DNA of 64,000 nucleotides from Harriotta raleighana (lineage: Eukaryota). Positions 39,260 to 51,130 of this stretch are shown in pieces (the stretch's first letter is position 1; every line of letters starts with the position of its first letter). The notes beneath the pieces were generated by a model that was not told the DNA's origin, did not search any database, and saw only the letters and a program-made list of their open reading frames with translations. Location: positions 5,470,617 to 5,534,616 of the forward strand of contig JBNZDD010013699.1 of NCBI GenBank assembly GCA_050575255.1, given 5' to 3'. The position numbers and the translations under genes are program-made.

Positions 39260-39870
39260 AACAACAACAACTTGCATTTATGAAGCGCCCTCCACACTGG
39301 GCTGTGTCCCAGGGTATTTCAACTGTAAATGGGGAAAGAAGGGGCAGGAGGAAGGGATTGAGCAAGGGAGCAAGAGTTTCACAGCTTCAGGGCACAGTGG
39401 CTGAAGGCATTGCTGCCAATGTTGGAGCGGAGGATTATAATATAAGCAGAATTTGGGAAAAAATAAACCAAAGGAGCTTTAGAGTGTAATGGTAAATGCA
39501 AGTATGCTATACCTACCACATATGTGCAGAACAAAAATGCTGCTTTTGGGTCGAGTTCACGTAAGCTCCATCTTTCTTAATTACTCACTAATTACTTACT
39601 TGCCTATTTACTACTACAACAACAACTTTCACTCATTCAGCATCCTTACCATAGGATCTTGTCACCATAGCATCTCAGAGTGCTTAACAAAGGCAGCACT
39701 TGACGCCGAGCCAGGGTGGGGGGATGTGGGGGGCTAGGAAATGACTGTAAGCATGATCGAAAATTAAGGCCTTCAGGCATGATCTGAACAACCGGAAGGA
39801 CAAGGCAAGGCAGAGGGATTGAGGGAGAGTATTCCAAACTTTGGAGACAGAATGGCTGAAAGCACGGCAG
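39260..39870 (-). mobile_element. Two L2 3' ends
   Basis: caacaacaac tails at about 39262 and 39617; antisense VWNTLPQSL...LKALIFDHAY. Confidence 0.75.
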
Positions 39871-42482
39871 AACTCCAACTATTTCAAAGTTACATCTTCC
39901 TTTGATGTGTTTCTAACTCCACCTCCAGTCATTACACATATAGCCCCCACTCTTCGCAGACTGCTTTACAGAGAGCAACATGGACAACTTCTGGACAGCC
40001 TTCCACAAGCTGCTTGTTTCTCAGCCTTGAGATAGGCAGGTGTCCGAGGCTGTAGCCTTTACTTTCTGTGGTCCATTGTTCTTACATATATGCTCAAGGA
40101 CTTGATTGCTCATTAGCTCAGAGCAGTGAACATCTTCCCAGGAAAATATGGAATGTGGTCGGCAGCTGACCTCGACCTGTCCAGAAAAGCTACTTTTAAC
40201 CCCTGCTGAACTAGTCATTAAATCAAACAAATCTCACTAAAGGATCATGGGTAGGTTATATTCTAAATGTGAATAAAGATTAATTCAAAGCCTTAAAACA
40301 TTAAACATCACAAATATATTTTTACACAGGAGGCCGGAGCCTGCTGAACAGAGGTGGTGGATGGTGGTGTGGGGAGTAAGCAGGTCAGAAAGGTCGGGTG
40401 GTCCCGGAGCTTGAAGGGATGTGAGGATCTTAAATTCAATTCTGAGATGGGAGAAAATGGCACCCTAGGATCAGGGACTGTGTGCTGAGGGGCAAGCTGA
40501 AATTTGGATCAACGTTGGCAAAAGCCAGATGAGGCCTGACCCCGGTCGGAGACAATCCTGTGAAAACTGCTAAGGGTGCAGCCAAAACGGTTGTAAAAAA
40601 GCGCAAAGGTACAGACGGACGCTCAACATGTAACTAAAGAGCATCGGAGTCCTGTAGCTCAGAGGTTGGACGTTATATCAAAGGCAAGGTTTATTATTAT
40701 CTGGAAAATGCATGTACAATAAACATGTGCTCATGCTTTGCACATCAGGGCACCTTCCGAAAGCAGTGAGTAACCTTCTCATGGTGTGCATAGGTGCCCG
40801 CATAGTTGTGATGCGCACAGGGGTGACTCCTGACTGTTTTAAAGAGAGCGTCTCCCCAACAAAATATGTGCACAACCTGGTTGAGGAGTTTTTGTATTTT
40901 GTTTTAGATTTATGTCATAACAAATATATTCACAAATAAATATATATTTTCCCCCCAAAACGGAAAAGTCACATCTATACTGTTGCCTCATCCATTTCTG
41001 TTTCGCCTGAACTTCCAATTAACAGTATTTCACTTGATCTCACAGGCTAGGCTAACAGTCCGATGTGTTATTAGGATAGCAGTGCATGTTTGGATGGGCT
41101 GGTTTTCGGAAAAAGACTTAAAAAACAACTTAAAAACGAGCATACATCTATCTGCCTGATATTCAGATGGATAATAAAGGTTCTGTAACACCTAATGAAA
41201 ATAGAATGCATTCTTCCTAACTTGACACAGAGTTGTGAAAAAATAGTCCTTTCCATCAAGTTGGTTTTAGTTGTCTGTCAGAGATTGAAGCCTGGTCTCA
41301 GCAAACCACTTATTGTTAATAAATTAAGCTAAGTGATGCCACCCTATCACAATCACCAAAGACTGCCTGCTATTTGCTTGTAATCTACGAGAATTTATTG
41401 CCTTGTTAAACATGTCAGAATGTTCAAACTGGCATCACTACTGCTCAAAGTGACTTTAATGTAGATACAATACAATTTAGATTTACATAATGCCTTTCAC
41501 ATTGCAAGGATGTCTCAGAGTGCTCCACAGTGCTGGATGGGCACCTGAGCTGTGGAAAGCCAAGGGGAATGAGAAATCATGGTAGAGATGGTACAAAGTC
41601 AATGTACAAATGATCGACAGTCAGAATTTCGCCTGCTCGCTCTATCTTGCTCACAGTTTTTGTGTTTACCTCTTCATCTCAGCAATCCCTATTACAGTCT
41701 GAACAATTTCCACCCACTTGCTTAAACTCGAAGCTGATGGTTCTGTACACATAAAGGCTTTTCACCACTCAACTCACAAGTACTATTACTTTGCAAGCTC
41801 TCTGATCGAAAAGTGAGAATAGGGAGGAAAAAATGGAGTAATAAGAATAAATTAAATAGTCTCCTTATGACTTGCATTGCTTTCTGGTCTATGTATAAAA
41901 CTATGAACAAGGGAGGCAAGGCTGATAATAATGCCCTTTCAGTTATACTTCAGCACAAATTTCACCCTTTTAAGGAAAGCACAAAAGATGGTGACAATAC
42001 ATATATTCTCAATACAGCGATAGATTAAAGGTTTGGCATAATGAGTCATCTAGCACACACTATTTATCACCGCCTCTTACACACACACACACACACATAA
42101 CTAACTGAACAATGACTTCCTGAATAGACCCATTGGTAATGTTTAGATTAGGCCATGCTTAATTATCTCTTTGTTTATTTTAATAAAGAGACATCCGAGT
42201 GCTCCGACCCACATACACCCAAAGTCGCAATAATAAAGTCGTTTAGCAATGTGGCAAGATTAAGATATTAATAACCATGATTTAGCCTTGCATTAAAATC
42301 TAGTCAAGGTTCACCGTAATAGAATCTACATAGGCACTGCAAATGTGTTTCATCTTGCCTAGTTTTTAAAAAAAAAGTTTTACAACTGAAATCGGATGAA
42401 ACATGTTTCAATTGAAGAGGTACTTATCAGAGTCAACAATTTACCTCTCTTTTCCTGCTGCGCGTACTGTCACATTGATTAG

Positions 42483-42498
42483 GTTGTCTCCAGGCAAC
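42483..42498 (+). promoter_or_regulatory. RFX X-box-like motif
   Basis: GTTGTCTCCAGGCAAC in non-repetitive sequence. Confidence 0.4.
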
Positions 42499-44094
42499 CA
42501 CAAGAGCTAGGTAGCTGTAATGTGTGGACCATATTTAACAATAAAACAATAAACCATGGTCCTATACTACAGATAATAAACACCCTTTGCCTGAATGCCT
42601 TCTGTTGCATAATGTGACTAGTAGCCATCCCATCTTTAATGTGCTAAAATTAGATCGCAGTGTTTGTCTCCAATTCTGCCTTTGTCATTTAAAACCACTG
42701 GATCTTAACAGTTTTTTAGATGGCTTTCTGCGCAAGGAATAGAATTATGAAGGTGTATAAGATCATATGTTCTGCACATGCAAGAAATGTCATGTAAGTT
42801 CTGTCACAGCAGATACCAAACAACCTTTATTTAAAATGCAATTGCTTTGTGGCTTATGGAGTTTAGGGTATAACCCAGACAAGTGTATTAAATTTTTGGA
42901 AAGTTGTCTGTACACTTTATAAACATGCGTGATGGTAAGGTTGTGGGGAAAAGCCATTGAAATGCTACTGTTCATTTACTCCCATGTCTAAAGTCTTTTC
43001 AACAAAGAGTGCAATTATCATAAGCTGAGTCCTGCTGAATACATTTATTCAAACCTGTGGGACATATGCTTTACTGAACCTAGGCTAACACAAACACCTC
43101 CTTCTGTCCCATTTGTCCACTACAATATACATGTGACACCACATAAGGAGATGTTTGTATTAATATACATAATATGCTTGTTCACTTATGTGCTTTGTTC
43201 TTTGTCTCATTGTTATCTCTCTCCATCTGTTGCATTCATTATAATTGTGCATTTGTTGGACTTTCCTGACCAGGTCTGCTTCTCTGTATACCTTTGTATT
43301 TTCATTCTTTTTTTTAAAAGATCTTTTCAGTGTTTTTGGTTCATTTTTGTTTCAAAGTAAGAGCAAGCTACATCTCCATGCTGTAAGATTGACATGCGCA
43401 GTCTTAGGGTCAAAGACAGTGCATTGAGACTTGGGAGAAGCATGGCTGGATCAATGCAGGTAAGTGAATATCATAGAGAAACAGACCCAAAATGAAGAGG
43501 AGGTCAGCGAAGCAAATGTTGAGATATGGTCTAGGAATTGAGATGTACAGCTGTTGGAAGAGCAGGCGATATCTAGACAATCCAACATAGAGTAAATAGA
43601 AATAATTTGCTAGCTGAATGAGCATCAATTAAGTGAAGGCAGAGCTGCCCTGAGAATGTAACTGTGATGATATAATTTCAGGCCAAAGATAGCCAGGATG
43701 TACAGTACCTGGATAAATTATTATAACAGGAGTTTCAGCAATGAGATGTGTGGATAATGTGATCTGCACCAGATAGTCTCAATGGGGAAACAACAACAAT
43801 AAAATTACACTTGTATAGGCCCTTTCACGTCAGGAGGACGTCCCAAGGTACTGGACAGTTACTGCTTCAGACACGAGCTGAGGACAAGGGGGAAGGGAAG
43901 TGGGGGATTAAGAGTTGCCAATGTGGTATTGCCTGTGGGAACACACAACGGATCTAATGCAAGAGTTGCAAAGGTGGCTGTATGTGGTTGCTCCATTGCT
44001 TCCAGTATAATGCAGGATTATTAAAAGAATGAGTAGGATATTTAGAACTGTTAGTCTATAACAGACCAGTGGGTCTAACATCTGGGTGGGAGAG

Positions 44095-44917
44095 AAATGG
44101 AAACATTGAAACATTAGTAGGCTATTCAGCCCCTCGAGCCTGTTCCGACATTCTATAGGATCATGGCTGATCTGAACATTAATTCCAATTACCTTCCTTT
44201 GCCTCCCCCATTGCTTAATACCCTGACCTAACAAATGTCTATCCACCTCAGTCTTGAAAATGTGAATAAACCCAGCATCCACAATCGTTTGGGGGAGAGA
44301 ACTCCATATTTCTATGAACCATTAGGTGAAAAGCTGCCTCCTGATTTCACTCCAAAATGGCCTTGCTCTAATTTTAAGAATATGGCCCCTTGTTCTGGAT
44401 TCCCCCAACAGAGGAAATATTTTCTCTGTCTCTATCCTATTGAATCCCTTCATTATTTTAAAAATATCAATTAGATTACCCCTCAACCTTGTAAGATCAA
44501 TGGAATTCAAGAGACAAAGAGACCAAGTTTATGCAATCTGCCTTCATAATTTAACCCTTTAATTAACCCTCGGCATAATTCTAGTGAATATGTGCTGCAA
44601 CAACAACAAAATTACATTTATAGAGCGCCTTTCACGTCGGGAGGACGTCACAAGATGCTGAACAATTAGGTTGAGCCCCGAGAGGGTGTGGAGGGGATCG
44701 GGCTAGAGGGAAGGAGTAGGAAAGGGGGGAGAGTTAAGAGGGGAGCAGAAGGCAAGGTTGAAGAGGAAGATCTTGAGACCGGCCTAAAGGAGGAAAGGGA
44801 GGAAGCGAGGCAAAGTAATTGCAGGATGGAGTTCCAGAGCAACATGTCCAGAGCCAATATATCTTTTCTGCAGTGCCTAAAACTGAATGTGATGTGCAGA
44901 TGGGGTCTGACCAAGGT
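44095..44917 (-). mobile_element. CR1 LINE 3' end, interrupted by an L2 3' end at about 44598-44840
   Basis: ORF 44322-44510 RLRGNLIDIFKIMKGF...SRTRGH...SEIRRQLFT is a typical CR1 ORF2 C-terminus. The CR1 resumes after the L2 piece. Confidence 0.9.
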
Positions 44918-45039
44918 TTATCCAGTATTAATGCATTGATATCGATGACTAGTTAAGTAAATGTGAGCAACAGGGAATTAAATTTGTACATTATTGAGAA
45001 ATTTAGTTGAGGAATGGTTACGCGAAAGATAATAATAAC

Positions 45040-45260
45040 AATAATAATAATTCTTGTATTTGATCGAGAGCCTCACCACATCTTCTAGATGTCTCAAAGT
45101 GCTTCTCAGAATATACTGTAAAGTGAACCGACCATCTTATTGGCAAAATGCGGCAGCCAATTGCACACAGCAGTATCCCACAAACAATCGTGGATTGAAG
45201 TGACCAATTTTGTTGATGGAATTATTACCTCCTGAAAAAACAATCTGCCATTCAGCTTTC
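45040..45260 (-). mobile_element. SINE, long variant, partial
   Basis: Tail, body and start of the extra internal segment. Confidence 0.8.
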
Positions 45261-45639
45261 CAGGATTATGAAGCAGGAATGTACAAAAGCAACATTAATT
45301 AATTACACTATGTAACTAATTGTACAAGATTTAAGGATGGTCTTCCAATGCCTAACTAATGTTGGAAGCAATAAACTGCAATTCGTGAGGTTCAGTTCAG
45401 TTCTTGATAAACAAACAAGATACACGAACACCTAACTGGATAAGGAGCTAAACTTCTGGCACAAAATACATCAATTGAGATTAGGAGATTGCAAATCTGT
45501 TCAACGTTTCACATCAGTTTCCACAAGTGAAACCAATTTATGTTTCAGATTCAGTATTTTTAATTCAGGTACATTTTAGAATAAATATCAATAGAGCATA
45601 TGGAAGTTATGAAGAATCTAAGGCAATGAAATGTCCCCA

Positions 45640-46290
45640 AAACCTCACCAAAATCTACCTTCAGAGGAAGTAATTGTGCTCTGGTAATTTAGTCAGGAAC
45701 TATATAAACATGGGAGCTGGACGAAAGGGATGGAGAATAGGAAATGTGCTCCTGTCACTCAAACAAGTAGTGAAATGACTCGTGTGGCTGTAAATGATCA
45801 AATAGAAGCCCGATAAATTACCAGTTGGTTTAATATTTAGTTGGGAGAAATACTGAAGACTTATTTTGACGAAAAATACACAGGTAATCCACTTTTCAGT
45901 ATATCCTGTGAAGCATTTTGAGACATCTTGATGATGGATAAGGTTCTATATCAAATGCAAGGATTATTATTAAGATACTATCAAAGGTTCTCCAAAGAGT
46001 ACAGAAGGTGTTATGACTATTCAATGGATTTTGAAGCAAAAGGTCATGCTTCACAAAACTTGGTCAATTGTTAGAGAAAGCAGTAAAACCAATGGATGAG
46101 GTTAAGCCAGTGGACTTGATTCAGTTATATTTGCAGAAGGCACAAATAATACTTTTAAGACATTTGATCACGTAATTGATAGCAATTTGCAATTTGGAAT
46201 TAACACTGGTTCAGCAAAAAGTTACGAAAAGTATTCACAGAAGAGCTGGGTCAGTAAATAGATTAACAACAGTATGGACTACTTGGGGGT
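45640..46290 (+). mobile_element. Very old CR1 RT fragment with a SINE tail at about 45890-45972
   Basis: aggtcatgcttcacaaaacttg...atggatgaggttaagccagtggacttg...ttgcagaaggc resembles RSCLTNL...DEGKPVDxxYLDFQKAF. Confidence 0.65.
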
Positions 46291-46321
46291 GAATGGCATA
46301 TTTCCGTGCCTTATCATTCTA

Positions 46322-46390
46322 TGTATATGTATGTATGTATGTATGTATGTGAGTGAGTGAGTGAGTGAGTGAGTGAGTGAGTGAGTGAGT
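46322..46390. repeat. Compound (TATG)n(TGAG)n microsatellite
   Basis: Read directly from the sequence. Confidence 0.95.
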
Positions 46391-47338
46391 CGATTCAATA
46401 ATTTGATAAGACACTATATCGAATGCAAGGATTATTAATAATAGAGTAGACAAATTAGCAGAATTGCCATGTTTCTCCATAACTGATATCAATCAATCAA
46501 AAAATCTAAATCTAAAATCAAAATCAGCACATTTTCCTTATTCCTTGAAAGCTAAGTGTCACTTGCATAGTATTTTGTGCTACACATCAACATGAATAAC
46601 TATAGAACTCGAAACTCATCATAGTGTGACATCAACTGATCCTGTAATAATTCAGGGCGCTGTCATCTCATGCCCATATTCTCAGATGAAGAACTGTTAC
46701 TGTAGTTATCACAGCAGAGAGTTGGGTATGTAATCAAGTGTCTGCATTCTAGTGACGTATACTGTGTTCACTACCAAATATAGTTACCACACCTTGTAGT
46801 AAATCCCGCTAATCCCATTGAGATGCCTCAACGCTGTGCTAAGGCAACATTTCAAATGCAATGATTATTAATTGTGTCAACTGTAGATATAATCTCTACT
46901 AAGGCTGTTAGGATGATCCCTGAATAGATTTTTTCTTTCATTTAACTTCTAGAATTCAGAATCTTTTATTTCAACAATTCTTACATTTGCAATGTTTGAG
47001 TGCATTTTTTCTCTTCTCCTGTATGCACGTATATAAAGTTGAAATCTGGGATTTTAGTGCTTCTCTATGTATACTTTACTTTTCCTTATCACCGCTTTGC
47101 TCCATCGCACATACAGCTATCATTTCTATCCAGCACAGTTGGTTAATGGTGTTTAACTTAGTGGGTATTGTCTTTCATAGAGAAGCCGTGATGGAGCCAA
47201 TCCTGTTATTGCATGAGGATTTACTCTGTAGTCTATTAAGAATCTACGAACAAAAGATTTCCTTGGTGATCCTTCATGAGAAGCAGTTTGTAAACAGTCC
47301 CTTGAAACACAATCAAAATGTTCCACATCCCCATTTGT

Positions 47339-48547
47339 GGAGTCCTGTGGCTCCGTGATTAGAGCACTCACCTCACAAGCGAGAAACTTGGGTTCAATTC
47401 CAGGCCGGGCGAAACCTTGCACAAGTTTCTTTACTCCACAGGCCTGGGATAATAATCCCTGAAGAAAAAATCAATTAATTGATTATTTCAATCCACAAAT
47501 GTTTGTGGGGCACTGCTGTGTGCAATTGGCTATCGCATTTCAGTCAAAAATGTATAGTCAATTCACTTTACAATATATTCCATGAAGCGCTTTGAGATGT
47601 CTAGAAGAACGTGAAAAGCACTACATCAAATGCAAGGATGATTATTATTATTCATTATCTTTAGTCAATTCACTTTACAGTATATTTCTGTATACTGTAC
47701 ATGTCTGAAAGACATGATGAGGTGCTATATCAAATATATCAAATGATTATTCTAATAATATTCCCCGCATTTGATATAGCGCCTTATGCCATCTTCGAGA
47801 CGTCTCAAAGTGTTTCATATAATATGCTTTGAAGTGAATTGACTGTATATTTTGTGGGTGAAGCATGGTCGTCAATTGCGCACAACAGTGTCCCACAAAC
47901 AGTCATGGATCTAGTGGCCAATTTATTATTTTACTTGAAGCAATTATTACCGGAAATGCAATCCATCAATTCACTAACAACTTAATTCCTAGGTAAACAA
48001 AGGTATGTGGAGTAAAGAAACCTGTACAATGTTTTGCCTGCCACATTTCCAAAACTCAGGATTGTATTAGATGATGAGTAAAATAGAGCCACTGAATTGA
48101 AGAAGGAGCAAGGTTAGAACCCAAAGACCCTATAAATTGAGCGGTGAGGCTGCAAAATATGGGGATTACATGGTCTTTTCAACGTGGCATTGTGGAGTCC
48201 TATAACAGAGTTCACGCTTGCCTTGTAAATGAGGGGATACCAGATTCCATTCCTGGATAGTGCGAATCCTTAGGCAAGTTTCCTTATTCCACACATCTTT
48301 GTTTACCAGCAGTAAATTGGAATCCGCTTTAAGGCGATTGACGGATCGCTTTCTGGGGGTAATAATCCCTAAAAAATAAATGGGGTCACTCAATCCATGA
48401 CTGTTTGTGGGATGCTGCTGTGCACAATTGGTTGCCACGTTTTGCCCACAACATATACAGTCATTTCACTTTATAGTATATTCTGCGAAGCGCTTTGAGG
48501 CATATTAATGTCGTGATAAAGCATTATATTAAATACAGGGATTATTT
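47339..48547. mobile_element. SINE cluster: + full (47339-47652), + tail, - long variant (about 47755-48040), + full long variant (48194-48547)
   Basis: Head, body and tail similarity to the other copies. Confidence 0.88.
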
Positions 48548-49269
48548 TCACTAGTATTGTTGGTAAATGCTCCAGGAGTCTAGAGGGAGTCTACTGACAG
48601 GACTGCAGAGATTGGCAATGCATTTACATCATGGGTAAGAGTGAGTTGGTTGTGAGAACTTGGCTGTGTGGGCTATTCCAGAGTGGGTGCTGAATGAAAG
48701 TGGTTGCTTGAACAGATTCGACTGGATTTGCTATTTTGAAGCATTTACTAATTTGCCAGCACTCGTTTGAAAATGTCACTGAACTTTCTTTATGCCCTTT
48801 TTAATGACAAGAGGGATGTCATCTGCATCAATATTTCTGACACAGAACTTCCATGGAAGTCAATCAAAAATTGAAAGCTGCAGAATGAAAAGAGCCACTT
48901 ATCAGTTCGGTCTCAAGGTTGTCTAAGAATAATGTGACCAAGCAAAGTGTACCAAGCTGGAATAAGATTGATTTATTCTTTCTTACCTGAAGTCCTTTGA
49001 GTAATAGAATGACCTTATTTTCAATATGTTTCACATTTGATGAAGAGACCATTTTTCTGTGAACTGTGAAGAATGTTTTTGCTGAAATGCTGAACAAAGC
49101 GATATTCCGTTTTCTGAAAATCACTTGCATTTGGGAATCATACTATGCCTAGTTTTCATCAAATACCCAAATCAATTATATTTGTAAAGAAAAATATAAG
49201 ATGATTTAACAAGTTGTCACAATACCTCCTCCATCCAAAATTATTTTTAAGGAAGAAAATATTTAATTA

Positions 49270-49919
49270 CAGATATCCCCCAATTTAGGACGCTTCTATT
49301 TACAGAGTTTCGATTCAACAAACATAATTTTTTAACACATTTTTATCGATATACGACACTTGGTTTCATTTATCGATGAAAAATTTGGCGAATCTTTTTT
49401 GTGCAAGCGAAGTATATAGTGTATTTCACGGTAAAATCTCAATTGTATTTGGAGCCTCTTTTTGTCCATATCCAGTACATAGTGTATTTTACAATGAAAT
49501 CACTTGATATAGTGTATCCAAGCATTTGAACTGGCCAACTGTTTTCCTGCCTGTCTGTATGTCTGTCTGTCTCTCTCTCACTCATTCACTCACTCATACT
49601 ACAACTGCAGCACAATTACATTGTAGACTGACACAAACAGAGACATACAGAGAGAGAGAGAGAGACACACACATAGAGACAGAGAGACTGAAGAGAGAGA
49701 AAGAGGGAATGAAAGGTGCATTCGTTCACACTATAGACAGTTTTGTGTGTTATTTTGTGTGGTTTGTGTATTATTTTGTGTGTTTTGTGTGTTATTTTAT
49801 GTGTTTTGTTATACACTATCGGGTTATTTAATGGGACCACATGAGAAACCTCATTTCGATTTACGATGTTTCGATTTGCGTACCATTTTTCAACCTTGTC
49901 GTAAATCGGGGGATACCTG
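49270..49919. mobile_element. Tigger/pogo-like MITE (650 bp)
   Basis: 22-bp TIRs CAGATATCCCCCAATTTAGGAC and (reverse complement) CAGGTATCCCCCGATTTACGAC, 3 mismatches. TA on the left, TG on the right. Subterminal ttcgattta repeats. Confidence 0.8.
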
Positions 49920-50049
49920 TGCTTAAGAAATTATATTGCTGTTCACCTCTTCTGGACTATCAGAACAGCAATGTGGCTTATTTAAACTTCCAACTTCATG
50001 AAATCATAATAATCATTCTTATGTTTGAAAAAAATGACTTTTACAACTG

Positions 50050-50415
50050 AAGTACTTCTCAAATACTTCAGAGAATACTGTGAAATATAGTGATTGTACT
50101 CTGTAGGCATTTGCCAAGTGCAGTAGCCTAGTTACTCACAAACAACCAGGAAGTTCATGGACAATTTTATCTAGGGGGTTGCTAGCCAATTGCAAAAAAC
50201 TCTCATCTCTTTTTAGGTAATGTCATGGGATCTTTAACGTCCGCCTGACCAGGTAAACAGAAACTTGGTTTAATATCCCAACCAAACGATGCAGTATATC
50301 CCCAGCACTGCACTGTCATGTCAGCCTAGATTGTGAGTTAAAAGCCCCAACATGGATTTTAAACCTATGACCTTCTGACTCAAAGACATACTGCTACCAA
50401 CTGAGCGAGCCTGAG
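50050..50415 (-). mobile_element. Old Deu-domain SINE (clearest copy)
   Basis: gtcatgggatctttaacgtccgcctga...ggtttaatatccca...cagcactgcactg..gtcagcctagatt...accttctgactca...ctaccaactgagc. Confidence 0.75.
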
Positions 50416-50589
50416 AACTGGAAATCCTAGCTCCCAGAGCAACTTCTAATCAGTATTATTGCTCAATGGTTGATCCAGCAAGGAGGGATAACATTTTCCC
50501 ACTCTTTTGGCCAAATATAATATTGTACCCATCCATCCAAAGTCTTGGGCCTTGTGTTCCCTGATCAGTGAAAACAGCAAAAATGTATC

Positions 50590-50925
50590 ATCCTCTCCAC
50601 TCCCTCCACTCAGCAGACCTCTGGTCTGCTCTACGTCCCTGGCCTGGCCCACCCCACCATCATTGGTCGGGCTTTCACCCTTCACCCCTCTGCCTCCACC
50701 CTTTGGAACTGCCTATGTCTCGTTTGCCCACTTTCCTCCTTGTGCATGTGTCAAGACCCTGCTCTTCGACTACATCTTCGGCCAACATCCTACCCTCCCT
50801 GCCCTCCACCCTCCCTGATCTCAACCCTGCTGCTGGGGTCCAAATCCCTAACTGTCCAGCACCTGTGATGTCTTCCTGACATGAAAACGCTATACAAATG
50901 CAATTTTGTATTGTGTTGCATTGTA
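50590..50925 (+). mobile_element. L2 3' end (tail type B)
   Basis: caagaccctgctcttcgac...cctgacatgaaaacgctatacaaatgcaattttg. Confidence 0.8.
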
Positions 50926-51113
50926 ATGTTTGGTCAGGAGAGGTTTTTTTTTTATTATCCCTAGTCATTAGTTCAACCCAAGAAAATACAGTTTAACCCA
51001 AACAAAGCATTGGAATCTGCTCTCAGGGCCACAGTTTTGTAATAAAATTTACCCTCTGTTCAAAATTTTTAAAAAACGATCATTCAACTGTGAAGTCCAC
51101 TTACTGGAAGATA

Positions 51114-51130
51114 TGCTGCCACCTAGAGGT
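51114..51130 (-). promoter_or_regulatory. CTCF motif, reverse orientation
   Basis: TGCTGCCACCTAGAGGT. Confidence 0.6.

Noticed and set aside
40530-40636. Lys-rich histone-tail-like peptide PVKTAKGAAKTVVKKRK
   Set aside because: Short, bounded by stops, with no histone fold and no acceptor.
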